The translations under genes and the position numbers were made by a program. From NCBI GenBank assembly GCA_951406725.2, contig OX597816.1, positions 43,648,001 through 43,712,000 on the forward strand: a DNA stretch of 64,000 bases, written 5' to 3'. The first letter of the stretch is position 1. Every line of letters begins with the position of its first letter. Origin of the DNA: Octopus vulgaris (Eukaryota). Under the pieces are notes generated by a model. The model saw only the letters and a program-made list of their open reading frames with translations. It was not told the DNA's origin and searched no databases. Below, in pieces: positions 13,620 to 26,285 of this stretch.

Positions 13620-13780
13620 TGTGTTTCTGTCTGTGTTTCTTTTCCCTCACCTTCTGAAAACCACTGTCGATTTGTTTACGTTTCTGCAATTTGGCTGTTC
13701 GGCAAAAAATTTGTCCGACTGAGCGCTTCAATGACCAGAGCCCAGCATGACCGGAGCCAAATGTCTAAAACAAGTAAAAT
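13620..13780 (+). mobile_element. SINE family A, diverged 3' half
   Basis: GTTCGGCAAAA...CCAGCATGACCGGAGCCAAATGTCTAAAACAAGTAAAA. Confidence 0.65.
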
Positions 13781-13954
13781 ATTAGTGTATAAAATATGAC
13801 GACAAAAGGGAGTAGAGTGGAAAAAGTGGGGGGGGGGGGAAATGTAGTTGAACTATTAATATCATGATCGACTTGGTCATTTTGACTCGTATGGAAATCT
13901 GTGCTCATTTTACAAAGCTCTCAGCGTTGGTGTGTTTGGTTTTCTTTTATTGTT

Positions 13955-14610
13955 TTGTTTGTTTCACTCATAACTGCGGCGAATTTGGAGCAACGCCTTG
14001 AAGGATTTTAGTCGAACAAATCGAGCCTAGGTTTTTATTTCGTAAGCCTAGTACTTTTCAGACTGCTACGTTACTGGGAAGTAAACACACTAACTCCGGT
14101 TGTTCAGTGATGGTGGGTAGAAAACCACAGACAAAAAGATACACACAACACATACATATACTCTCTCTGTTTTACTCTTTTACTTGTTTCAGTCATCTGA
14201 CTGCGGCCATGCTGGAGCACCGCCTTTAATCGAGCAACTCGACTCCGGGTCTTATTCTTTGTAAGCCCAGTACTTATTCTATCGGTCTCTTTTGCCGAAC
14301 CGCTAAGTAACGGGGACATAAACACACCAGCATCGGTTGTCAAGCAATGCTAGGGGGACAAACACACTCACACAAACACACACACGCATATATATATACA
14401 TATATACGACAGGCTTCTTTCAGTTTCCGTCTACCAAATCCACTCATAAGGCTTTGGTCGGCCCGAGGCTATAGTAGAAGACAGTTGCCCAAGGTGCCAC
14501 GCAGTGGGACTGAACCCGGAGCCATGTGGTTGGTAAACAAGCTACTTACCACACAGCCACTCACCATGTGGTTGGGAAGCATAGTCTTTGCCACGCAACC
14601 ACGCCCGTGC
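13955..14610 (-). mobile_element. Young SINE A copy (14170-14562) nested in an older SINE A copy
   Basis: Diverged 3' part at 13955-14160, near-consensus copy at 14170-14562, second diverged head at 14563-14610. Confidence 0.8.
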
Positions 14611-15209
14611 TTGTCTGATAGTACCATTTCTTTTTACCGTTATTATGTGTACATCCATCGGCTGCTCTTATTGAGAGCAGCGGTCCGTTCTTGTTCGAAC
14701 ACATCAATGAATCTCACCTTGTTCTTTGCCTGTTCGACTCCAAACAAACCGGTATTTGTGTAAAATATTCATGGACTCATAAAATGATTACAGTCGACTA
14801 CCGCATTGTTCGGATGCTTTCAGCAAAACGCCAGAACACGATAACGTTAAAACAAATAATTATATCAGTAAATAATTAAATACACAAATAAATTAATTTT
14901 ATATACATCCAATCTTCTCATTTTTTTGGTATTTGTCCAAATATTTAGAATACGTTCCGATGTTCATGTCAATAATTCAAATAGTTTGCGATGTTTTTTG
15001 AAAAGCAACGGAAAAAACTGCAGGTGTTTACATCGACACAAATACACGCACACAAACGCATGCCCGCTGCACGCATACACACATGTCCTGTATGGAAACT
15101 GGCATGCCCGATTGGCAGGAAAGCTCGGTTGGTAAACATGCGTTCGTGGGTCTGAAACCAACGTGTCGCATGTTTGAAGAGAGATGGTCCAAAATTTGTA
15201 TATTGGATA

Positions 15210-15574
15210 GAATCTATCTCAACCGGGAGGTCCATATGCCCCCTGGGGGTCCAAAGCATAATAGTAAATAGGGGGTCCCCATAATTATATTAAGAGTCCA
15301 TAAAAACAAACTTTCTTTACATGTATTTTTTTTGCAAGAAACGGCTAGGTTTCTAACATTTTACATGATTGAATATATTTCTGACCACGGAAAAGTGTTC
15401 TCTACGAGAGTGCTATTGTAAACCTACATAACTGAATGGCTGAAAAACAAAATAGAAATTTCTAAAGAAGTATCTATAAGACTAGTTTTTAAACATTGAA
15501 TCGTTATGTAAGTCTATCAGAATAGAAGTGTAATCAAAGGTGTCTGCAAGTAAAATATGGTTCAGAAATACTGG
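15210..15574. mobile_element. hAT (Charlie-like) MITE, diverged
   Basis: Homologous to 28981-29320 (GGCTAGGTTT, GAAGTATCTA...ACTAGTTT). Right end GGTTCAGAAATACTG is a decayed CAGTGGTTCTCAACC-type TIR. Confidence 0.7.
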
Positions 15575-15848
15575 AATTGGAATAGAAAGAAATTTTTGAA
15601 ACTCGTATCGTATATACCTGACCCAGCGTTATCACAGCTGTGCGCTCTGATGGTATCATTTGAGATTTATACATACGAAAAACGTGCCTGAGTAAAACTC
15701 AACTTTTTGCAGTCGAATTCAACGCGTAGGTTGAATCACTGGACGCTGTGATAACGAAAGTTTAACAAGGTATATATATATATATATATATATATTGAAT
15801 AGACTCACAAAATATATTATTTTCAAGCAAAACACTTTACAATTCATG

Positions 15849-15920
<72 letters not shown>

Positions 15921-16148
15921 TACATACACACAAACATGCACACACACATATATGCATCCACACGCGTACATATTTATGCAAACAAGCAACGTTAACCTCG
16001 CTCAAAGGTTTTAGCACTCAGTAACTGTTCATGGTCGATTCATTAGTCTCCTGTTTTAAAAGCTCGCTACAAAAATAATACCCAATGGATAGATTATTAA
16101 CTTTCGCACTTTTATCTTGTATACCAGCTAATCTGATCAATCCTATAT

Positions 16149-16203
<55 letters not shown>

Positions 16204-16204
16204 C

Positions 16205-16240
<36 letters not shown>

Positions 16241-16689
16241 TCGAGCAGTACATGCGCTGACAATGTGGATTAATTGTATAAGTTGCATCTCTATATGTGG
16301 CGTAAATTATATTTCGGTGGTTGCTATTTTCAGTATAACAATAGTGTGGTTTACTGTTGAATATAATTTTTTTTCGTACATATAACATCAATGGAGTTCA
16401 TTATCGACGTTATAAGCTAGGTTCTCTTGAGAAATTTTGTTACACTATTATCAGTGTCATACTAACATTTGTAAATTGAAATCAAATTTCATTTCTATTT
16501 TTGGTTTCCATTGTTTGGCTTTGATTACGTTTGTAATGCTCTGTTACTCTCCAATTCACTGTCTATAATGTCATCGGAGGACTTATATCAATGAAGACTT
16601 ATAGAGCATTGTTACTTTTTACTAAAGCTAGTCTGAGAAATCTGAGAGATTTGTGGGAAAGTTAAAAATAAACAAGACAAGAAAACAAC

Positions 16690-16822
16690 AGTGTGGTTAT
16701 ATGGCAAAAAGTTTGCTTCCCAACCACACATTTCTGGGTTCAGTCCCACTGCGCGACACCTTCGGACTGACTAGTAACTTGTGAGAGGATTTCCTGAACA
16801 GAAACTCAAAGAAGCCCATCGT
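16690..16822 (+). mobile_element. SINE family A, 5' half
   Basis: TTTGCTTCCCAACCAC...GGGTTCAGTCCCACTGCG...GAAACTCAAAGAAGCCCATCGTATATA. Confidence 0.75.
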
Positions 16823-16888
16823 ATATATATATATATATACACATACAGAGAGAGAGAGGGGAGAGGCAATTATGCGGATAAACAGATG

Positions 16889-17147
16889 AGTCTTTTACGT
16901 TTCGAGCCTACGCTCTTCTACAGAAAGGGACACAAAAAAAACAAGGAGAGAAACAAGGAAAGAAAAAAATGTGTGTAGTGGCTAACACATTTTTTTCTCT
17001 CCTTGTTTTTTTCTGTGTCCCTTTCTGTAGAAGAGCGTAGGCTCGAAACGTAAAAGACTTTTTCTATTCATGAGCGTTATACTAATACATCTGTTTGTTT
17101 TGTACTCCACCTCTCTTCGTCTTTTGGTTTTTTTTTTCGTAAACTCT

Positions 17148-17150
<3 letters not shown>
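16889..17150. mobile_element. Palindromic Penelope-like mini-element, family H1, with hammerhead-like motifs
   Basis: Inverted arms 16889-~16975 and ~16984-17059 (AGTCTTTTACGTTTCGAGCCTACGCTCTTCTACAGAAAGGGACACA versus its reverse complement). The right arm continues into a tail ending TTCGTAAACTCTCCC(TA)n. Confidence 0.75.
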
Positions 17151-17201
<51 letters not shown>

Positions 17202-17739
17202 CTGAGTGGATAATCGAAAGAAGAGTATTCAGCACATTGATTGAGAGTTACATGTATGGATCTAAACAATTTGATTCAAATTCCGTGCTACTTAAAATTT
17301 CAAAGCACAAGATGGTGCTAATCGGCAACCATTGCGAAAGGCCTATAAGTGCATGGCGGGAAAAAGCAATGGAAAACAAGTTCGACACCGTTTCATAGAC
17401 CACTGCTACACTATTGCATGTAGTCATGGCATTAGTCGAATATCCAATCTTGTGTGCGTGGTGATGGATAGGTAACTGCATACGACCGGTTACAAATACA
17501 TATATTCATGTGTGTGTGTATGTGTATGTGTGTGCGTGTGTGTGTGTGTGTGTGTGTGACATTTGGATCGTTGTGGTGTATTGTTTGCTACTCTAAGAAT
17601 AAGAAATGAATCTTAGATACAATACCAACGTAACATACTGACATTAAAGCTTCCACTGTATCGTATTTGAAGATATACTATTTACAGTGTTGTGCTATTT
17701 CGAGCAGCCGATCACTGTATATAGTGTATGATAATAGTA

Positions 17740-18128
17740 ATAACCCTTTCTACTATAGGCACAAGACCTGAAAATTTGGGGGAGGGGACCAGTCGAGTAC
17801 ATCAACACCGGTGTTTCACACGTACTTAATTTATCGACCCCGAAACAATGTAAGGCATGGGCGACTCAGGCGGCATTTGAAACCCAGGGCGTAAAGTCGG
17901 CTATATAAGGTTCATGATAATCCTTTCTATTATAGGCACAATAGCTGAAATTTGATGGAAGGGGTTAAGTCGATTACATCGACTCCACTACTGATCTGGT
18001 ACTTAATTTATCGACTCCGAAAGGATGAAAGTCAACGCCGGCCTAGCGGAATTTGAACTCAGAACGTGGCGAGGGGCGAAATATCGCTAAGCGTACTGAA
18101 GATTCTGCCAGCTCACCGCTTTTATAAT

Positions 18129-18161
<33 letters not shown>

Positions 18162-18300
18162 AGTAATAATAATAGTTTCTACTATATGCACATGACCTGA
18201 AATTTTGGAGGAGTGGACAAGTCGATTACATCGACCCCGAAAGGATGAAAACCAAAGGCTACCCCGGCGGTGTTTGGAACCCAGAACGTAAAGTTGGCTC
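17740..18300 (-). mobile_element. Cluster of three SINE B copies (tail type 2) in (AAT)n tracts
   Basis: Three starts at ~17743, ~17921 and ~18176 (CTTTCTACTATAGGCACAAGACCTGAAA and variants), each followed by GTCGATTACATCGAC...AGGATGAAA-type body. Confidence 0.85.
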
Positions 18301-20842
18301 ATAATAATAATAATGATGATGATGATGATGATAATAATAATAATCATAACAACAACAACAATATTCATGTAAATTAGAAGTCATTTGTAAATTATTGCTC
18401 TTTTATTAGCTTGAAGAGGTTAACTGAAATCCTATAAAACTAGAATATATAAAGTTTAGACGTTCGCTAAAATTGTCAGGCATTTTTTATTGTAATATAT
18501 ATCTGTTTGAATTATGTTCTTGTTAGATTAAACGCTCTCAGTGAAAAGCATAGTATTCAGATAATAAATATATCGTTACAAAAGTTTATGAGGAAACACA
18601 TTATTACAATTTACCAGTTTGTTTTCTCTATAAAAATTAACACTTCTTGTATGAAAGCATCTATTATCGCTATACATATGTAATTCCAATTACATTAGAA
18701 TTGCATCTGTGCTGTTTAGTATGAACTAAACTCAAAGCCTAAATGGGAGAAGCACATTGCCGGAGCCATTACCGTGCATATTTTATTTGATTTTTTTTTT
18801 GCCAGATGGCTCTTTGTATGAGGTATGATTTATTCTGAATCGTAAAATACGTGACTGGCAAATTTAATGAACTTGTTAAGGTCTTGTGTACCAACCAATA
18901 AATACGTTTAGAAAATACTTCATCGCTATTTACACCAGTTACGAATTTGCAAAAATAGTCTGCGTGGATATACAACATGCAGACTGATTTCTTTTGCTAA
19001 TAAACGCTTGTGTGTGTGTGTGTGTAAGTCTGATACACACATATGTTAAAAAATAGGGAGACATAGACATTTGTATGCACTGCTGATTAGATTAAATTGA
19101 CTCAAGGAGACGTGAAATCAAACTAAAACAGCTTTGTCGACAATGTGACGGCATTGATCGATGTTCACATTTAATAGACGTGCCAAATTCTCTTATTTCT
19201 TTCTCATACGAAGATCAAGATGTCTTGAAAGTAATGAAAACAAATAATAACTGTGGGCTAGATCTTGTCATTCTGGACAAAAATTTCCTAAATTATGTGG
19301 GCAGGTCATGTATCAAATACAATACACAGCAACGACCCGGACACGTCCTTCTGCGATATGGCTCCCAAGAACGAGAAAGACATCAGGGCAATATCGTAGA
19401 ACCACAATTACCAATGAGTGGAGCAGAAAAATCTCCGTAGTGTAAAAAGGATTTATTTTGTTTCTTTGTTCCCAAACACCTCCCAGAATAAAATCAGAAA
19501 TTTCTCCTAATAAAAGGATCTTGGACCTGGAAAATGAAACTAAGCAAAATGTGAGATATGGAATTGTGAAAGCAACAATAGCGATTGGAGTATAGTGAAA
19601 CAATACAAGCCCCATTATTACAAACTCTGCACATCGTCCGCCATCTCAAAAAGAAAATAACATACATAGCATTGCTAGTGCAAACGACATTATACACAAG
19701 CTGTTTCGAATACCATATTAAAATTCAGACTCAAACTCATTCTGCGACCAAACAAATACTTAATATAATCTCAATACTGAGAACAATAACACAATGCATA
19801 TCTTTCCACGTCCGATGCAAATAACATATCATCTACTGCATCAATACCAGGTAATAAAACACAGTCCACACAGCAGGTAGTCTATAAAATTACGCACCCA
19901 ATAAAATAACAACATCCACATTTACATAAAATGAAAGCCAGCCTTAAAAGCCCCAGCAACTCATGCAACACACACAGTACACAATTGCCATCGGATACTA
20001 TACACATCACTCATAATTCAGGAATCAAGTGCTCTACACAATTACCACCCGGACGCTATAACATATTTCACAACCCATTCTGTACACGCAAAACAAAGTC
20101 ACTACCCAACAAAACAAGGAAATTGATATTGCACATACTCTACTCAAGAAAACAAATTATTAAAAACCGCACACAAAAACTAGAACAAATCAATCGAAAA
20201 CAATAAAATAAAGCCAAACAATCTTTACATCAACCAGAAGAAAATCATAAAGTATAACAATGCATACTTATCAGGAACACGAAGTTAGAACTACTGATGC
20301 GGAGAAGCTTGAATAAAACAGTTGAAATATGATAAATAATATTTGTGGTAGTGGAGTGGCGGTGGCGGTAGTAGTGGTTCTGGTGGTGGTGGTGGTGGTG
20401 TTTTTCTCTTTGCTTCGTTTAAGGATTATATGTTGTCAAAAGCGAGCATGTTTTGAATCAGATACACGTGTGGATGCATTGGGAAAAAAGATTTTCTCAA
20501 TATTAACAAACTTCAGTTTTTGCCACGCAGTAATTTTTACGAAGATTCAACGCTAACATACTTCAGAATTTTGAACAATAAATACGAATGTTTTGTAGAA
20601 ACTGTATTACCAAAATTATTAAATCACATTGGTGGAAAATCTCCAAGCCAGTCGAATGTGTATGTGACTATGTGACTGTTTCTATTTTTGAGTGTGTGCA
20701 TGTGCGTGTACGTGAGAGAGAGAGAGAAAGAGAAAGAGAGAGAGTGTGTGTGTGTGGATATTTTTGAGGAATGTGACAAGAAATGTGATGTGTTGAGATG
20801 ATAAAACGAAAAAAAACCAGCTATACTACTACTAATAATAGG

Positions 20843-21000
20843 TTGAAATTTTGGCACAAGGCCCGCAATTTCCAGGAGTGGGTAAATCAATTACGTTGAC
20901 CCCGGTTCACAATTTGTACTTTGTTTTTTTATCGATCCCGAAAAAGAGGAAAGGTAAAGTCGACCTCAGCGGTATTTGAACTCAGAACCTAAAAGAACGT
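20843..21000 (-). mobile_element. SINE family B, 5'-truncated
   Basis: TTTTGGCACAAGGCC...TTTATCGATCCCGAA...AAAGTCGACCTCAGCGGTATTTGAACTCAGAAC. Confidence 0.75.
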
Positions 21001-21148
21001 AGAATTATTTGAAGATGTCATGAGGAGTCTTAAACCGTAGGATGGGATAATCAGATGAATATATTCAATGAGAATGGAACAGAAAATATAATTGCTTCAA
21101 TGTATACATGTAAGAGCATTCTCACGTACATATTCACGCACACGCACA

Positions 21149-21186
<38 letters not shown>

Positions 21187-21542
21187 CTCACGCTCACACA
21201 CACATACTCACACTACATATCCGTGATGATAGCGAACGAGAACTTCAAATTACTAGATGAGAGTTTTCATCAGCACTAACCAAGTATGTATGTATGTATG
21301 TATGTATGTATGTACGTATGCATGTATGTTTGTATACATGTATAAATATGTGCGTGAGTGTACATGTACGTATACATGTATGTATGTGTGTGTACTTGTA
21401 TGTATGTATATGTGTATGTATACATGTATGCACGCATGTATTTATGTGCATGTGTATGTCTCTTGTGTACGATTGTATGTAAGATAAGTATGTTGAAAGA
21501 AAGTTACTTTGCTCTCTCTCTCTCTCTCTCTCTCTATTTATA

Positions 21543-21584
<42 letters not shown>

Positions 21585-21959
21585 TAAACGCAGCCAGAAC
21601 AGAGAATGATACAGTAATTGTACGTTTTGAGGTTAAAGAAAGGGAAACATGTAGAGCTTCAGACCAAGCAATTATTAGGCAAATACTAGGTAAGACACGA
21701 CGGTGAAATAGAAGAATAAGGAGCGCAGAATGAGATTGTATAGATGAAAGTGTGCTGAAAGCTTTAACAATAAATGCTGTTAGTCGTAGTTAGGGTGATG
21801 ATGATGATGATGGTGATGATGATGTCGATGATGATGATGTTGAATGCAGTTGGCCGTAGTGTGAATAAGGAGAGAGGAAAAAAAATCGATAAATGTTTCG
21901 ATCTGTTTTTGGCTGGAGATACACAAGAGTCGATCATCTGGTGTCACGCATTTTACACG

Positions 21960-22130
21960 ACAAGTTCAGTTTCCATGACAACCGATGAGAGATCACGTGC
22001 TACGGCGTAGAACATTTAGAAGATATATTGACTTTGTATGGAAGGTTAATACGTAGGGAGATAACATCAAAGATAGACCGGCACGACATTAAAGTGTCTC
22101 GGTTTTAGTGTCGCTCATCTTTGATCGACT
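21960..22130. promoter_or_regulatory. Candidate cis-regulatory module (RFX X-box, E-box, two TCF/LEF sites)
   Basis: GTTTCCATGACAAC at 21969-21982, CACGTG at 21994-21999, ACATCAAAG at 22064-22072, CTTTGATC at 22119-22126, within unique, relatively CpG-rich sequence. Motif match only. Confidence 0.35.
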
Positions 22131-22374
22131 TGTTTGAAAATTTGAGATCGATATATCGATCGCTATGCATCCACTGTCTATCTACTGCTCTCTCTCTCTC
22201 TCTCTCTCTCTCTCCCGCTCTCTCTCTCTCTCTCTCTTTCTATAACCACTATTTCTTTTCTTTTTTTCCCCTTCCATATGTAATTTGTTAATTTCTCTCT
22301 TCCTCTTCATCTATCGCTCTCTATTTATTTCTCTCCTTCTTACCTTCTACTTTTAATTCTGTCTGTCTGTGCGT

Positions 22375-22377
22375 CTG

Positions 22378-22445
<68 letters not shown>
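22375..22445. repeat. (ATCT)n / GATA tetranucleotide microsatellite
   Basis: Directly visible tandem ATCT units. Confidence 0.95.
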
Positions 22446-22619
22446 GCTAGCTAGCTGCATGCCTTCCTGCCTTTCTGTCTGTTCGTCTGGTTATCTGTTT
22501 ATTGTCTGTCTGTTTCTCTATCTCTCTATATATTAGCCACGATAGATATTTAATGCCCATTGTACAGTCTATCCCCTTCCCTCTGAAGCTTCTTTCCCCT
22601 CTCTCTCCCTGTCCTTGTT

Positions 22620-22770
22620 TCTCTCTTTGTATTTTTCTGTGTCCCTTTCTGTAGAAGAGCGTTGGCTCGAAACGTGAAAGACTTTTTATATTCCTGAGCG
22701 TTATACTAATACATCTATTTGTGTTGTACACCACCTGTCTTCGTCTTTTGTTTTTTTCGTAAACTCTCCC
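22620..22770 (+). mobile_element. Family H1 element, single arm plus tail
   Basis: CCCTTTCTGTAGAAGAGCGTTGGCTCGAAACGTGAAAGAC...TTCGTAAACTCTCCC(TA)n, matching 17000-17150. Confidence 0.8.
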
Positions 22771-22942
22771 TATATATATATATATATATCGGTCTCTATT
22801 TATTTATTTCATTCTTAACTTCCACTTTTAATTCTCTCTGTCAGTCTGTGCTGTTTTAAGGACTTTTAACTCATCGCAATTAGTCAAGATTAAACATATA
22901 TAGATATATCCATCTAAATATAATAATTATAGGTCTACCTGG

Positions 22943-22986
<44 letters not shown>

Positions 22987-23194
22987 ATATCCAGGTCTAT
23001 CTCGTTTATCTCTCTATATATATGTATGTATGAATTTACATATTTCCTGTAGTAATCATTTTTTAGTTGTCGACGTATGTAATATGAATTGCCGGAAATC
23101 GACTGGCACCCTCCCCCAAAATTCCGGGCCTTGTGCCTAGAGTAGAAAATAATATATATTCCAAATAACGAGATTGGTGAAATTTATAGCTTAG

Positions 23195-23415
23195 TGCGGC
23201 GAGCTGGCAGAATCGTTAGCACGCAGGGCGAAATGCTTAGCGGTATTTCGTCTGCCCTACGTTCTGAGTTCAAATTCCGCCGAGGTCGACTTTGCCTTTC
23301 ATCCTTTCGGGTGGGATTAAATAAGTTCCAGTTATGCACTGGGGTCGATATAATCGACTTAATCCCTTTGTCTGTCTTCTCTATGTTTAACCCCCTGTTG
23401 GCAAAAAAAAAAAAA
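23195..23415 (+). mobile_element. SINE family B, tail type 1; preceded by an orphan tail-2 fragment at 23098-23152
   Basis: GCGGCGAGCTGGCAGAATCGTTAGCACG...GAGTTCAAATTCCGCCGAGGTCGAC...CGACTTAATCCCTTTGTCTGTC. Confidence 0.88.
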
Positions 23416-23742
23416 AAGATATTTATAGCTATAATATTTCATATGTTGCTCCTTTTACATTTCTAAAACGGTTTGAAATTTTAATTTGCAATTCTATTAT
23501 TAAGAAATTTCGCCTCGGATACACACGCACACATACCCTGCCCCACCACCATTCACGCTCTGACACAGAGCTGCATATACAAGTGTAGCATACATACCTG
23601 CAAAAACATACAAAAAGCAAAGGAGGTTGATTTAGAAACTTAAAATCACTACGGAACTATGTGATTCGCGGTTGTCACATGCATCAATGCACACATAGAG
23701 ACGAACAAACACACTCATTTATTCACATTCAAATTCTCTTCC

Positions 23743-23795
<53 letters not shown>

Positions 23796-23880
23796 ATCTC
23801 TGTATATGTATACATAAATATATATATCTATAAATTTCAAAATTTAAACGGAAACACAACAAAGGCAGAAACGGAAAACA

Positions 23881-23927
<47 letters not shown>

Positions 23928-23989
23928 GGAAAGTTATCTGGCATTTTCCTTTTGTTTTATATTTTTCACTAGATTTCAACATGTGGAAA

Positions 23990-24056
<67 letters not shown>

Positions 24057-24408
24057 CTAGCAGTATCGGCTATAGAGAGTTATAGCCAAAAAATAGCAAA
24101 AAATGCATTAAAAATTGAAAAAAAATTAAGGTAAAGTTTTTTAAAAATCGTTGACACATCGTAGATATTTTTAGACAGTTACTTCCCTTATATAAAAGCG
24201 AAAAAAATGCATTAAAATGGAAAAATATGATGGTAAATTTTTTTTAAATCGTAGACTCATCGTAGACGCGCGCTAATACCCAGAAGGGCTCGATATGAAT
24301 CACGACTATAAGATACCCGCTTTTGGTTAAACTGCACCGCAAAATGTGGGAGTAGTTACGAATCTAAATCGTAGGAGACAGACACACAACTTCACTCTTA
24401 TATAAAGA
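24057..24408 (-). mobile_element. Non-autonomous Helitron
   Basis: On the minus strand it begins a|TCTTTATATAAGAG and ends CTGCTAG|t: 5' TC, 3' CTAG, A|T insertion site, no TSD. Internal ~110-bp duplicated subunit (AAAAAATGCATTAAAA...AATCGT.GAC.CATCGTAGA). The 3' hairpin appears deleted. Confidence 0.75.
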
Positions 24409-24689
24409 TGCTTTTTTTTCAGTCATAGAGTTAGATTTATGAAGGTCTTCAGTAGAAAATCCTTCGAATTCTGACTCGCTGCTTGATATAATGAAATTCG
24501 TATCCATTTTTTGTCAGAATTACAAATTTTGAAAACACAATAGGAACAAATTTCGGAAAAAAATCTCCCATAATTCACGGAATTAAAATTACACTTCGAT
24601 TTTTGTACAAAACTGTATTTGAAGTGTTTACGAAGTATAATACGTGTTTTCACGAATGTACTAAAGAGATTTACTCTGATATTCTCATT

Positions 24690-24736
24690 TAAATATGAAT
24701 AGGTAAATTCGGGCGGTTTGGTAACGAAAGGGTTAA
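24690..24736 (-). mobile_element. Solo piggyBac-type terminus
   Basis: Minus strand reads TTAA|CCCTTTCGTTACC, a TTAA target plus CCC terminal motif. No partner end found. Confidence 0.45.
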
Positions 24737-25039
24737 ACGGATGCATACATTTATTAATAACTACATATAAGTGTCGTCTGTTTATACATAAACACTGTTT
24801 CATACTTTCAGTTTAGTCTTCCTCAAATCACTCTGTCGCTATTTACTCTCTTCCAAGAACATTTTCACTCACTCTTATCTGTTAGCTTGCCATATAATTT
24901 ACTCATGTATCTATCAGCGTGATAGACAGAAACAAATATTACATCTAGTTTCACTTTATTCGTTGCACACTGTGTGTGTGCGTTTGCGTGTGCTGTAAAC
25001 CAGACTAAGAAAAGCATTTGACATACACACCAGAATGTG

Positions 25040-25215
25040 AGTTTTCTGTAAATTTTGCTTAATTGGAGTTAAAATTTTAAAAAGTGGACCTGGCAAAACC
25101 CGATGCATTCTACTCTTAAAAATGCTAGGTAAATTGTAATTGAAGAAATCCTATATTGTAGATTTCTATAAGTGACAAAGGGAGGCAGATAAAATCTGCC
25201 TTTTATAATAAGAGA
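25040..25215 (-). mobile_element. Helitron 5' fragment
   Basis: Minus strand a|TCTCTTATTATAAAAGGCAG start, with a GGCAGAT-AAA-ATCTGCC hairpin. Confidence 0.5.
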
Positions 25216-25394
25216 TTATTGAAGTAGATAACTGAATTATCTTATTACGGATAATTCAGATGATAACCGATACCTTGGTAGCAAAAATCACAACAGAAAA
25301 AGCACGGTTGAAGTTACGACCATGGGGCATAAAAACCGTACCTTAGTGCGGAAATTTGAAGTTTTATATATTATTTATTATTACTTCTTCCTAC

Positions 25395-25465
<71 letters not shown>

Positions 25466-26088
25466 GCGTGTGCGCTACAATAAAGACTTACTTCAGTTCT
25501 GGCCCTATTTATATATATATAAATCGTGTGAGGTCTCCGTGCAGTTACAAGCACATATTAGCATTCTTTCGGACTTCGTACCGTTAATCTAACTGAACAT
25601 CGAGGATTTAATAGCTAGAGCGGGTGCTGCAGTAGTACACCGTTGGTTCTCATTTCAGACTGGATCAACGCGAAACATAACTAGGAATTTAAAGTGTGAG
25701 AGGAACAAAACTTGACCCACTAAGCAGTGAGTCAATAATTACACCAGCAGCGGTTACCGTAAAGAAAATAACAAATCTCCTACATTTCGTTTAATGTTGA
25801 TAGAGAGCAGAAGAGGATACTGGAGACAGTTGGTGTGAAATCTTGAATCAACGGATGATGAGGATTCTAAATAGGAAATGAATTGTTTTGTCATATGCTT
25901 ATAGGTATCATTTAAGTCATAATGTCTGAAAATAGTAGATTCTGCGAAGAGACTAGTGAAATGTTTGGGCAAGTTAATGTGGCAGTTTATATGTTTAAAT
26001 ACATTTTAGTTTAAATATATTTTGAGAGGTAGTGTTGGTGGTTATGAAGATTTTTTCCCTGAAATGATCACAGTACACTGACGATTGC

Positions 26089-26121
<33 letters not shown>

Positions 26122-26138
26122 GAGTGTACAGAATACAG

Positions 26139-26187
<49 letters not shown>

Positions 26188-26249
26188 CAGAGTGTACAGA
26201 ATATAGATTATATATATATGTATATTTTATATATATATTTTAACAAAAC

Positions 26250-26285
26250 TGTCCGACGAACGAGAACGTGAAACTCCGAGTAACA
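26250..26285 (+). ncRNA. Minimal type I hammerhead-ribozyme-like motif (family H2)
   Basis: UGU-CCGACGA-ACG(AGAA)CGU-GAAA-CUC(C)GAG-UA^ACA: helix I UGU/ACA, core CCGACGA (U4C variant), helix II, GAAA, helix III and a GUA triplet. Activity untested. Confidence 0.5.

Noticed and set aside
19180-19440. 86-aa non-repetitive ORF
   Set aside because: GTG start, no recognisable domain and no clear splice boundaries.
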